Shown piece after piece: positions 27,747 through 36,617 of a stretch of 52,012 nt of DNA. Within the stretch, counting starts at the first letter, position 1. The number at the start of each line of letters is the position of its first letter. The notes beneath the pieces are model-generated. The model searched no databases. It saw only the letters and a program-made list of their open reading frames with translations, and was not told the DNA's origin. Where the stretch lies: the NCBI GenBank assembly GCA_017961145.1, contig JAGCXU010000054.1, positions 1 to 52,012 of the forward strand. The letters are read 5' to 3'. The stretch is from Bacteroidaceae bacterium. Lineage in GTDB: Bacteria; Bacteroidota; Bacteroidia; Bacteroidales; Bacteroidaceae. The position numbers and the translations under genes were made by a program.

Positions 27747-27766
27747 CCTGTGCAATTCGTCCGAAG

Positions 27767-28213
27767 TTACTTCCTGACCTTGATGGCCTTGCCGTTCATG
27801 TTGACAACATATACGCCGGCAGGCAGGTTGTCGAGGCTGATATTCGCTCCTTCTTTAACTTGTGCAATGCTGACGAGAGCGCCATTCATGCTATGGATGC
27901 GCAACAGTCCGTCGCCTTTGACTGCAAGTGTGCCATCCTTATAGGTAAGGTTCTCTTCCTGCTCAGGCAAAGCCTTAATGGCATCGGGCGAATCTGTGAA
28001 TGTGATTTTCTCAAGGCCGGATAGAGCAAAGGAGTGTGTCTCTCCGTTAGTGGTAGTCACCTTGATGCAGTCGTCCTGGAAGAAGATTCTCTTTACGATA
28101 GGCAGCGAAATGTTCTGTTCTGTGTTGCTATAGGTAATGGTAAGGGATTTGTCCGCCATCATTCCTGTGCTGAAAGCGAGCAGTAAAACTGCGAAAAAGA
28201 TCTTTGTCTTCAT
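27767..28213 (-). CDS. Small secreted protein with a T9SS (Por) type-A C-terminal sorting domain
   Basis: Has a signal peptide. The C-terminal ~70 aa (...IHSMNGALVSIAQVKEGANISLDNLPAGVYVVNMNGKAIKVRK) matches the T9SS CTD pattern. Confidence 0.75.
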   Translation of the reverse strand: MKTKIFFAVLLLAFSTGMMADKSLTITYSNTEQNISLPIVKRIFFQDDCIKVTTTNGETHSFALSGLEKITFTDSPDAIKALPEQEENLTYKDGTLAVKGDGLLRIHSMNGALVSIAQVKEGANISLDNLPAGVYVVNMNGKAIKVRK

Positions 28214-28254
28214 AATTCTGTTATGTTTTTATGCTTTTATATGCTTGTTATTGT

Positions 28255-29130
28255 TCAGAAGCTGTATTTGTAGCCGATGTTGATAGCGTGCAGCCTGTCG
28301 TGGAGCCGAACGGTCTCTCGCACGTTTTCGTCCTCCTCGATGTCGTACATGTCGAACGTAATCAGGTATGAGAGCGACACTTCGTTGTGCTTGCGGAACT
28401 TATATCCGCATCCAACGGCAGTACGAATCTTCTGCAAGAGCATGTGGTCGCCCACGCTGATACTGTTGTGGAACTCAGCCGAAACGAACGGAGAGAAGGG
28501 GCAACGCTTCTTGTCATACTCAAGTTTAAGGCGTGAACGCAATACCTGATCGGTAAGAGTCGGATAATTCTTCATCTCCGTTTTGTCTATTATATATGTT
28601 GCCTCCTCAATGATAGGATTCCAATCTTCGTCCCAATCGACAATCTCCTTCATGTGGTTCTCGAGATGAACGAGCCTTTCGACGTTCCTTTCTCTGCGAT
28701 GTGTCAACTGATAACGTTCTCTAAGGGAAATCTTGAGCCATTGCCAGAGTTTTATGCTGCCAGTAGCCTCTGCACTAAAACGATGGCGAGGATACCAGTT
28801 GTCGGTAAGGAGTTTATAGCCTCGAGTCCAATCGTCGGAGCCGACTTCTCCTTCACTCTTGTCTTTGAATGCGTTCTTCTCAGAGTAGAGGAAACTGTAG
28901 TTGAGGCCAAACTTGAGGTACTTGTTCAACTTGTAACTCGTGCCAAGTCCTGCGGAGAAACGTGCTTTGTTCTGGGCACGATACTCCAAGTCCAGGCCGA
29001 CATCCCAGTTCTTCGTGATGGCTTTCTCTATGCCTATCTCCGACCAGATGCCGACTTCATCGTTCTCTTGCGCAAACAGAGGAATCGCAAGGAGCAACGA
29101 GAGAATAAGTGTGGTTTGACGCAATTTCAT
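28255..29130 (-). CDS. DUF2490-like outer-membrane beta-barrel protein
   Basis: Has a signal peptide, alternating amphipathic strands and a terminal aromatic residue (YKYSF). It resembles the DUF2490 family from memory. Confidence 0.55.
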   Translation of the reverse strand: MKLRQTTLILSLLLAIPLFAQENDEVGIWSEIGIEKAITKNWDVGLDLEYRAQNKARFSAGLGTSYKLNKYLKFGLNYSFLYSEKNAFKDKSEGEVGSDDWTRGYKLLTDNWYPRHRFSAEATGSIKLWQWLKISLRERYQLTHRRERNVERLVHLENHMKEIVDWDEDWNPIIEEATYIIDKTEMKNYPTLTDQVLRSRLKLEYDKKRCPFSPFVSAEFHNSISVGDHMLLQKIRTAVGCGYKFRKHNEVSLSYLITFDMYDIEEDENVRETVRLHDRLHAINIGYKYSF

Positions 29131-29840
29131 GAACGAGGCATTTTAATCATTCCTTCTATGCTGCTGCCGCGGTCGAAAGGATAGTCATAGAAGATGCGAA
29201 TCATGCACGAATCCTTCAGGAAATCGATAGTACCTACCTCCAGGCGTTCTATCTTCAGACCAGTGCGCTTCTCCAAGTCTGCTTTCAACTCTTCGCGTTT
29301 ATCTGGAGTGACGAGAGAGATGTTATCGTAAAGAATATATTTGCTGCAGTTTGAGCTGACCAGCCTACTGCTCTCGAAGAGCCATGCCATGCCCAAGAAG
29401 ACAAGGTTGACGAAGACTATCGTCACCAGGCCGAAGCCATCCCAATAGTCGGCCTTAGGATGATACTCGGCACGACTCAGGGCGTTCACGACACTTACAG
29501 CAATAAGCATGAAAAGATATGTCATCTCGCGAATGGGCACGGCTTCCGTGCGGAAACGCATAATGCCGAAGATGGCAAAGAGACCCATGGCAGCTCCAAG
29601 GTTCATGCCGTCGCCTTCCATTAAGCTAACCAAGAGGAAGATGCTCACGGACATTAGGATAAAGATGAACATATAATCGCGGCGTCGGCTGCGAGGGTAA
29701 TAATAATAACGCGCTATCACTGTCACAACAATCAAGTTGATGATGAAGCGCATTACCAGTGAAATGAAGTGCTGGGGGTCGAGCAGTGTCAAACCTATCG
29801 CATTACCCAGCTGATAGTTAATGTCGTTAAGGAATTCCAT
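29127..29840 (-). CDS. DUF4956-like integral membrane protein
   Basis: 237 aa with 4-5 TM helices, the motif FGIMRFRTE and a soluble C-terminal domain. There is a 4-nt ATGA overlap with the downstream gene. Confidence 0.6.
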   Translation of the reverse strand: MEFLNDINYQLGNAIGLTLLDPQHFISLVMRFIINLIVVTVIARYYYYPRSRRRDYMFIFILMSVSIFLLVSLMEGDGMNLGAAMGLFAIFGIMRFRTEAVPIREMTYLFMLIAVSVVNALSRAEYHPKADYWDGFGLVTIVFVNLVFLGMAWLFESSRLVSSNCSKYILYDNISLVTPDKREELKADLEKRTGLKIERLEVGTIDFLKDSCMIRIFYDYPFDRGSSIEGMIKMPRS

Positions 29841-29867
29841 ATAAATGATGTTTAGTTTTTATTTTTC

Positions 29868-30659
29868 TCAATTAGCTTGCAACTTCCGTCCTGCCAGTTT
29901 GCTGAGCTTGACCAGTCGCAGTTTGAACCTGTTTTGTTTGAGGCCTTTGTTCGTCAAAACCGAGCCGATGCAATACTTGCTGAAGCCAAGCGGCTTGATG
30001 CGAAGCTGGCGAAGGATGTCGAGTACAGGACTATAGACGTTACCATCGCGCTTGAGTTCGATGATGACTAGAGGTCCGACATTGGCATCCTTGTCTGTCT
30101 CAAAGTTGTGGAAGTGCACATCGTAGTCAATAGTCAGGCGTTCAGTCTTGCCGTAGTTTACAAGCGTAATGCGGTGGAACTGGTTGCGAACCGTAGGATG
30201 TATGTCAGCCAAACCAAGGTGCACTTTCTCCTGCAAGAACTCTTCGTTTCCATTTTCGCCTGTTATCTCTTGACTGGGAACGGCCACGCGTTTCTTCTTT
30301 GTTCTGCCGTGATTGTTCTTCGTCTTAACCTCCAAGAAGGTATCGTCGCTATCCATGTAAGTCCTGACACGAACCTTCTGCCTTGGGGCACGGCCGTTAT
30401 GATGCTCCAGATAGAACAGATGTCCGTCAGTATCCCAATAGGTTGTCATGTAGTTTGCAATCTTAGCACCGAAATGAAACTGCGCATAGTATTTCCCTTG
30501 AGCCATTTCCAATAGGCGGGCAAGGGTTTCCTTGTTCGTCACGAACTTGGTGTCCGTGCGATTCATAAGACGAATCTCCTTCATCTCGTCCAATGTGATT
30601 GGCTTCAGATTGGCTAGTAATTCGTCTATGCGAGCATCAATATCCATACTTTTTTGCAT
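29868..30659 (-). CDS. VTC-domain (polyphosphate polymerase domain / CYTH-like triphosphate tunnel) protein
   Basis: RTDTKF, RVRTY, LEVKTK and IIELKRD are charged beta-strand motifs typical of bacterial VTC-domain proteins. The track start at 30671 is a TTG. The ATGs at 30659 or 30647 are more likely, so the start is uncertain. Confidence 0.7.
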   Translation of the reverse strand: MQKSMDIDARIDELLANLKPITLDEMKEIRLMNRTDTKFVTNKETLARLLEMAQGKYYAQFHFGAKIANYMTTYWDTDGHLFYLEHHNGRAPRQKVRVRTYMDSDDTFLEVKTKNNHGRTKKKRVAVPSQEITGENGNEEFLQEKVHLGLADIHPTVRNQFHRITLVNYGKTERLTIDYDVHFHNFETDKDANVGPLVIIELKRDGNVYSPVLDILRQLRIKPLGFSKYCIGSVLTNKGLKQNRFKLRLVKLSKLAGRKLQAN

Positions 30660-30730
30660 TCTACGCGACAAATATAGGCTTTTTTATGCAAATATCGTTG
30701 CGTAACGATGTGTTTTTAACAAAAAATCAC

Positions 30731-30738
30731 TACTTTTG
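30731..30738 (+). promoter_or_regulatory. -7 box TACTTTTG upstream of frr
   Basis: TAnnTTTG match 52 nt upstream of the ATG at 30790. Confidence 0.45.
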
Positions 30739-30789
30739 CTAAACAAAAGCGTTTTAGTGCACATTATACATTAATAAATAGAATAGAAT

Positions 30790-31350
30790 ATGGTAGAAGT
30801 AAAAGAAATCCTTGGCAAGGCTGAGGAAAAGATGGAAGAGGCCGTGTTGTACCTCGAGGAAGCTTTGGCACATATTCGTGCTGGAAAGGCTAACGTAAAG
30901 ATTCTGGATGGTATTCGTGTCGACAGTTATGGCAGCATGGTGCCTTTGAATCAGGTTGCAGCAATCAACACTCCTGACGCTCGTACCATTGCCATCAAAC
31001 CTTGGGACAAGAGTATGTTCCGCCCCATCGAAAAGGCCATCATGGACAGCAATGTGGGCATTACTCCTGAGAACAATGGCGAGATTATCCGCTTGGGCAT
31101 TCCTCCTTTGACAGAGGAAAGGCGTAAGCAACTCGCTAAGCAATGTGGAAAGGAAGGCGAACAGGCAAAAGTAAGCATTCGCAATACTCGTCGCGAGATT
31201 ATCGAGAAGCTTAAGAAGAGTATCAAAGAAGGCCTTTCTGAGGACTTGGAGAAAGATGCTGAAGGCGATATGCAGAAGATGCATGACAAGTTCATCAAGA
31301 AGGTGGACGAGTTGCTTGCTGCCAAGGAGAAGGAAATCATGACCGTTTGA
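30790..31350 (+). CDS. frr: Ribosome recycling factor
   Basis: 186 aa with the typical RRF sequence ([17 protein letters not shown]..., LTEERRKQL). Confidence 0.95.
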   Translation: MVEVKEILGKAEEKMEEAVLYLEEALAHIRAGKANVKILDGIRVDSYGSMVPLNQVAAINTPDARTIAIKPWDKSMFRPIEKAIMDSNVGITPENNGEIIRLGIPPLTEERRKQLAKQCGKEGEQAKVSIRNTRREIIEKLKKSIKEGLSEDLEKDAEGDMQKMHDKFIKKVDELLAAKEKEIMTV

Positions 31351-32285
31351 TGCGCGGCCTCATTGTCAGGAATACGGGAAGCTGGTACACCGTCAAGACA
31401 GACGATGGTCAGTTGTTCGATTGTAAAGTCAAAGGAACGTTTCGCCTGAAAGGTATCAGAAGCACAAACCCTGTTGCTGTAGGCGATATGGTGACTATTA
31501 CGCCAAGTCCTGACGGGCAAACTGCCTTGATTGAGGACATTGAGAATCGTCGCAACTACATCATCAGGAAGGCTTCCAACCTCTCGAAGCAAAGCCACAT
31601 CATAGCTGCCAATGTCGATATGGCGGCTCTTGTCGTCACAGTTGCACATCCAGAGACAAGCACAACTTTCATCGATCGCTTCCTTGCAAGTGCAGAAGCT
31701 TATCGAGTGCCTGTTCTCATCATCTTCAACAAGACAGATCTTTATGACGAAGACGAGTTAGGGCAGATGAATGAACTCGTTGCCCTCTATCGAAGCATTG
31801 GATATACTTGTCTGACTTGTTCTGCTGAAAAAGGCGATGGCATCGACGAGTTGCTGGTAGAGCTTCAAGGCAAGACGACCTTGCTCAGCGGCAATAGTGG
31901 TGTGGGCAAGAGCACTTTGCTCAACCTGCTTGTTCCTGATGCAGATGCAAAGACTGCCGAAATAAGCGTAGCGCATGACTCAGGAATGCATACCACGACT
32001 TTCTCCCAGATGTTCTTCTTGCCTCAAGGAGGAGCATTGATTGACACTCCTGGAATCAAGGGTTTTGGCACATTCGATATGGAAAGGGAGGAAGTATCGC
32101 ACTACTTTCGCGAGATATTCAAGACTTCGGCAGATTGTCGCTTCGGCAATTGCACCCATACTCACGAACCAGGTTGTGCCGTGCTGAAAGCCGTTGCAGA
32201 AGGAAGTATTGCGGAGAGCCGTTTCAACAGTTATCTCTCGATGCTTGAGGATAAAGACGAGGACAAATATAGAAGCGCGAACTAA
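31350..32285 (+). CDS. rsgA: Ribosome small subunit-dependent GTPase A
   Basis: [13 protein letters not shown]-loop and [16 protein letters not shown] zinc motif. The ATG at 31350 overlaps the frr stop by 1 nt. Confidence 0.93.
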   Translation: MRGLIVRNTGSWYTVKTDDGQLFDCKVKGTFRLKGIRSTNPVAVGDMVTITPSPDGQTALIEDIENRRNYIIRKASNLSKQSHIIAANVDMAALVVTVAHPETSTTFIDRFLASAEAYRVPVLIIFNKTDLYDEDELGQMNELVALYRSIGYTCLTCSAEKGDGIDELLVELQGKTTLLSGNSGVGKSTLLNLLVPDADAKTAEISVAHDSGMHTTTFSQMFFLPQGGALIDTPGIKGFGTFDMEREEVSHYFREIFKTSADCRFGNCTHTHEPGCAVLKAVAEGSIAESRFNSYLSMLEDKDEDKYRSAN

Positions 32286-32290
32286 AGAAG

Positions 32291-33091
32291 ATGAAAGAAA
32301 CGCTTAATATAATAAAGGTAGGAGGTGGTGTCGTTGAGGATGCCGCTTCGCTTACTTCGTTGTTGAGTCAGTTTGCTGCGATGCAAGGCCGTAAAGTGCT
32401 TGTGCATGGTGGAGGCCGATTGGCAACGGCAATGGCAACAAGTTTGGGCATTGAGAGCCGAATGGTTGGTGGCCGTCGCATTACTGACGAAAAGATGCTC
32501 AAGGTCGTGACGATGGTTTATGGCGGTTTGGTCAACAAGAATATTGTGGCAGGATTGCAAACAAAGGGTGTGAAAGCAGTCGGTTTGACTGGTGTCGATG
32601 GAGATGTTATCCGCAGTCATAAGCGTCCACCCAAGCGTGTCAAGATGGATGATGGCACAGAGCAAATGGTGGACTTCGGCTTTGTGGGTGATGTTGATAA
32701 GGTTGATGCTCAGTTCCTTGCCTCGCTAATCGAAGGCGGAATTGTGCCTGTGATTGCTCCCTTGACTCATGATGGAGAGGGCCACATCCTCAACACCAAT
32801 GCCGATACCATCGCTTCGTCTGTGGCTCAAGCCCTTTCCGAGCATTATGAGGTCACTCTGACTTTCTGTTTTGAGAAGGCGGGAGTACTTCGCGATGCCA
32901 ATGATGACAATAGTGTCATTCCCTTTATAGATGAGCAAGAGGCTGGCAAACTTATTGCCGAAGGTGTTATTGCTGGTGGTATGATTCCGAAGATAGAGAA
33001 CGCCTTCGATGCCATCCATAAAGGTGTGAGGCAAGTCATTATCACACACTCCAATAACATTGACGGCTCAAGGGGTACAACAATAAAATGA
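32291..33091 (+). CDS. argB: Acetylglutamate kinase
   Basis: 266 aa from the amino-acid kinase family (IIKVGGGVVED..., HGGG, NTNADT). Confidence 0.85.
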   Translation: MKETLNIIKVGGGVVEDAASLTSLLSQFAAMQGRKVLVHGGGRLATAMATSLGIESRMVGGRRITDEKMLKVVTMVYGGLVNKNIVAGLQTKGVKAVGLTGVDGDVIRSHKRPPKRVKMDDGTEQMVDFGFVGDVDKVDAQFLASLIEGGIVPVIAPLTHDGEGHILNTNADTIASSVAQALSEHYEVTLTFCFEKAGVLRDANDDNSVIPFIDEQEAGKLIAEGVIAGGMIPKIENAFDAIHKGVRQVIITHSNNIDGSRGTTIK

Positions 33092-33103
33092 AAAATTTTT
33101 GCT

Positions 33104-33128
33104 CAGGGCTGTAACATTTGCAGCCCTG
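33104..33128 (+). promoter_or_regulatory. Hairpin between argB and the ECF sigma gene
   Basis: CAGGGCTG (33104-33111) pairs with CAGCCCTG (33121-33128). There is no T-run, so its function is unclear. Confidence 0.3.
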
Positions 33129-33150
33129 AATCGTCTTCATAAATAGAGAG

Positions 33151-33639
33151 ATGGAAAACGTCAGCTTCCGAACCACGGTTTTGCCGTTGAGCGATAAGCT
33201 CTTCCGACTTGCTCTCCGCATTACAATGAACAAGGCAGAGGCCGAAGATGTGGTGCAAGACACGCTTCTGAAAGTGTGGGAGTGTCGCGAAGAATGGGAG
33301 CAGATAAACAACCTCGAAGCCTTTGCAATCGCGACTTGCAGGAACAGGGCTCTCGATGTCGTGAAACGAGCTGGCCGTAACACTGAGAAACTCGATGAAA
33401 TGGTTCATTTTAGCAGCCGGACACCTCATGAACAAATGGAGGCTCACGAGCAAATCTCTCTCATAAATCGTCTCATGGATGACTTGCCCGAAGTGCAGCG
33501 AACCATCATGTTGCTGCGAGACATAGAAGGCAAAACTTACCAAGAGATAGCACAAATGCTCGACATCAGCGAGACACAAGTTAAGGTCTATCTGCATAGA
33601 GCCAGAACAAAGATAAAAGGATGGATTACAAATATATAG
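33151..33639 (+). CDS. ECF-type RNA polymerase sigma-70 family factor
   Basis: 162 aa with region 2 (DVVQDTLLKVW) and region 4 (YQEIAQMLDISETQVKVYLHRAR). Confidence 0.88.
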   Translation: MENVSFRTTVLPLSDKLFRLALRITMNKAEAEDVVQDTLLKVWECREEWEQINNLEAFAIATCRNRALDVVKRAGRNTEKLDEMVHFSSRTPHEQMEAHEQISLINRLMDDLPEVQRTIMLLRDIEGKTYQEIAQMLDISETQVKVYLHRARTKIKGWITNI

Positions 33640-34103
33640 AGCAACTGCTGGAGCGCTACTGGGAATGCCAGACTAGCCTTGAAGAGGAAGCTATCCTGCG
33701 CAACTTCTTCCGTCAGGAAGATGTGCCTGCAAGTCTGCTCCCTTATCGTCAGTTCTTCAATGAACAAGACGAAATGGCAGAGGAACATCTGGACAAAGAC
33801 TTCGCCGACAAGATGCTTCGACTGGTTGGAGAAGATGCTCCCGTTCATGTCTGCAAGGCTCGTCGCTTAACCTTTGTGCGTCGCCTCCGTCCTTTCTACA
33901 GGGCTGCAGGACTTATCGCAATCCTTCTGACCATCGGTAATGCAGCTCATCAGAGTTTTACCGATGAAGATGAAGTTGCTCCTCAAATGGCAGATGGCAT
34001 TGTTGTGGACAGTTTGCAGCAAATCACTATCGGTCAGCCAGAACAGCAGTCTGCTGAACTCACAACACAACCAATCGACACAATCAATACACTTCCAAGA
34101 TAA
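33621..34103 (+). CDS. Putative membrane-anchored anti-sigma factor
   Basis: Overlaps the sigma gene by 19 nt and has a single TM helix (FYRAAGLIAILLTIGNAA). The call is by context. Confidence 0.55.
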   Translation: MDYKYIEQLLERYWECQTSLEEEAILRNFFRQEDVPASLLPYRQFFNEQDEMAEEHLDKDFADKMLRLVGEDAPVHVCKARRLTFVRRLRPFYRAAGLIAILLTIGNAAHQSFTDEDEVAPQMADGIVVDSLQQITIGQPEQQSAELTTQPIDTINTLPR

Positions 34104-34173
34104 TTATTTCTTCTTTTTAAATATTGCTTATTAAAACAATCAATTCTCTCAAAACGACTAATCTAACGACAGA

Positions 34174-34201
34174 AAAGGGGCAACCGTGAGGCTGCCCCTT
34201 T
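34174..34201. terminator. Terminator hairpin between convergent units, with the better T-run on the minus strand
   Basis: AAAGGGGCA (34174-34182) pairs with TGCCCCTTT (34193-34201). An A-run precedes it on the plus strand, which reads as a T-run after the stem on the minus strand. Confidence 0.65.
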
Positions 34202-34225
34202 CCTATTCCATAATAGAAGTGCTAC

Positions 34226-34304
34226 GATGGCAAACTAAGCGTGTTATGTTTGCAATTATAACGTGTTATGTTTGCAAATTAAGCGTGTCACGTTTTCAAA
34301 CTTT
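34226..34304 (+). repeat. 22-bp-unit family copy (three units)
   Basis: The units are 34239-34260, 34261-34282 and 34283-34304 (GCGTGTTATGTTTGCAATTATA / ACGTGTTATGTTTGCAAATTAA / GCGTGTCACGTTTTCAAACTTT). The last unit supplies the MFS stop codon. Confidence 0.8.
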
Positions 34305-35453
34305 CCTGCCTTGAAGCCAGAAGCCGAGCAGATAAAGAATGCCGACAGCCATGACGAGTACGGCTCCGACTTGTCCCATTGCATCGCTTGCAAAGCCCAT
34401 CAAGAGCGGGAAGACTGTGCCGCCAAAGATGCCCATAATGAGTAGGCCGCTGACTTCGTTCTTCTTCTCTGGAACTGCTTGCATGGCTCTCGCAAAGATG
34501 ATGCTGAAGGGGTTGCCATTGCCGAAGCCCATCAGGGCTACGCTTGCATAGATGGTGGCAGTGTCTTGGCCAAAGATCAGGCCAAAAGCGGCCAATGCCA
34601 TCAGCAAAACACTTAGGAGCAGGAATGCCCAGTCCTTAATGTAGTTCATGATGAAACTGCCAGAGAAACTGCCTATCGCCTTGGCTATGAAGTAGATAGT
34701 GCAGACGAAAGCGGCATTGTTAAGCTCCATGCCAGTCCGTTCCATCAGTATCTTTGGGGCAGTCACGCTGGTTCCCACATCAATGCCAACATGGCAAATG
34801 ATGGCGAGGAAACAGAGCAAAATGAAGGGGTTGCCCAGCAAAGCAAAGGCTCCAGCAAACTGCTCGCCAACAGATTTCTGCTCTTGAGAGGCTGGTTCCT
34901 CGTTGATACGAGTGCCGAAAAGCAGCAGCGTTGCCACAATTCCTACACATAAATATATAGGATAGAGTGCTTGCCAGCCTAAGCCGAAAGCATTTGTGGT
35001 GGCACCCCAAGAAGCTATGATGGGAGCCAGGAACGATGCGATGCTCTTGATGAACTGCCCAAAAGTCAGGGTGCTTGCTGATGCTCCGCCTTTCATCACG
35101 CTGTCAACCAATGGGTTAAGCGAGGTCTGAAGGATGGCATTGCCTATTCCCAAAAGGGAGAAGGAGAGCAGCAACATGGTGAAATCGAGGGTGAATACGG
35201 GAATCACCATTGCTACAAGCGTCATCAAAAGACTCAGCAGAACCGTGTTCTTTCGGCCAATCTTGTTCATCAGCAGACTTGTGGGGATGCTGAAAATGAG
35301 GAACCAAAGGAACACAAGCGAAGGAAGTGTGTTGGCCATCGAGTCTGAGAGATTCAAATCGGCCTTTACATAGTTGCTTGCTATGCCAACCATATCCACG
35401 AAACCCATCGTGAAAAAGCATAGCATGACAGGTATAAGCTTCTTATAGTTCAT
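34296..35453 (-). CDS. Sugar MFS transporter (FucP / glucose-galactose transporter-like)
   Basis: 385 aa with ~12 TM helices. The N-terminus MNYKKLIPVMLCFFTMGFVDMVGIASNYVKADL is typical of this subfamily. Confidence 0.8.
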   Translation of the reverse strand: MNYKKLIPVMLCFFTMGFVDMVGIASNYVKADLNLSDSMANTLPSLVFLWFLIFSIPTSLLMNKIGRKNTVLLSLLMTLVAMVIPVFTLDFTMLLLSFSLLGIGNAILQTSLNPLVDSVMKGGASASTLTFGQFIKSIASFLAPIIASWGATTNAFGLGWQALYPIYLCVGIVATLLLFGTRINEEPASQEQKSVGEQFAGAFALLGNPFILLCFLAIICHVGIDVGTSVTAPKILMERTGMELNNAAFVCTIYFIAKAIGSFSGSFIMNYIKDWAFLLLSVLLMALAAFGLIFGQDTATIYASVALMGFGNGNPFSIIFARAMQAVPEKKNEVSGLLIMGIFGGTVFPLLMGFASDAMGQVGAVLVMAVGILYLLGFWLQGRKV

Positions 35454-35490
35454 AGTTCATAGGTATGAGTTCTTAGTTTGGAGGAGGGTT

Positions 35491-36585
35491 TTACTTGCCT
35501 ATCTGATTGATTGCGAAGTTGTAAGCACCCAGATTGATAGCCTTGCTTGCACCAAGTTCAGATACCAAGACAGCAACTTTTCGCTGTGCACAATAGAGCA
35601 CCTTTTGGTCTGTGTGAGGCACATCGACAAAGACATCTTTGTCTTCGAGGAAGGCTGTGCGCTGCTCTGGGTCTTCGAAGTTATAGACTTCCGACTGAAG
35701 AGTTGGGAGCAGATTGCCCGAGAAGGTTCCAACAGGACGATTGAACTCTTCCATCATGCCTGGCAGAATCCATCTGGCATTGCCTGTCAAACCACCACCA
35801 ATAACGACGATGCCGTCCACAATGTTCAAGACATTCACCAAAGCAGCAGCCGTGACTTGTCCCAATTGGCGGAAACTTTCCTGAGCAGCCTTAGCGTTGC
35901 CAGGACGAACACCATTGGCTATGTCGCCGATGTCCTTTGGTGTGAGGTCGCCAATGTCTTCGTGAGACATCTCAGCATACACTCTTCTGACGGCTCTGAT
36001 GCTGACACTTTCCTCGGCTATGACGAAAGGATACATGCCATTTCGCATACACCAAACATCGCCACCACAGCCATTGTCACCAGTCAGCAAGACCTTGTCG
36101 ATAACCACACCACAGCCAAAACCTGTGCCAAGGGTGATGCCTATCAGGTTCTTGTAACGACGCAAGCAACCACTCTCCTCGAGGGCTTTATTGACGCGGG
36201 GTAGAGCACCTGCCAAAGCCTCGCCATAAGCGAAGAGGTTGCCATCATTGTTCACGAACACAGGAATCTTGAAAACGCTCTCCAGATAAGGGCCGAGAGC
36301 CACACCTCCACGGAAAGAAGGGAAGTTGGGCAAGTCCCCAATCACGCCTCTGGCATAGTCGGCAGGACCAGGGAAAGCAAAACTGATGGCGACAGGCTCA
36401 GCTCCGAGTTTCTCTTTGACTGTAGTGAAGCCCTGAACTAGGGTAGCCAAGCAACCTTCTGTATCGGTTGTGACAGCCTTCAAGCGCACTGGTTCCACGA
36501 TTTCCTCGTTGTTACAAATCGCTGAGAACACAAAGTTTGTGCCTCCTGCATCCAGGGTCAGCACGATTTTCTTGTCTTTACTCAT
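35491..36585 (-). CDS. ROK-family sugar kinase
   Basis: LTLDAGGTNFVF and GITLGTGFGCGVV motifs. The ATG at 36585 (MSKDKKIV) is preferred over the track start at 36666. Confidence 0.8.
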   Translation of the reverse strand: MSKDKKIVLTLDAGGTNFVFSAICNNEEIVEPVRLKAVTTDTEGCLATLVQGFTTVKEKLGAEPVAISFAFPGPADYARGVIGDLPNFPSFRGGVALGPYLESVFKIPVFVNNDGNLFAYGEALAGALPRVNKALEESGCLRRYKNLIGITLGTGFGCGVVIDKVLLTGDNGCGGDVWCMRNGMYPFVIAEESVSIRAVRRVYAEMSHEDIGDLTPKDIGDIANGVRPGNAKAAQESFRQLGQVTAAALVNVLNIVDGIVVIGGGLTGNARWILPGMMEEFNRPVGTFSGNLLPTLQSEVYNFEDPEQRTAFLEDKDVFVDVPHTDQKVLYCAQRKVAVLVSELGASKAINLGAYNFAINQIGK

Positions 36586-36617
36586 AATAGTTGTTTTTAT
36601 TGTTTTGATTGTTCTGG

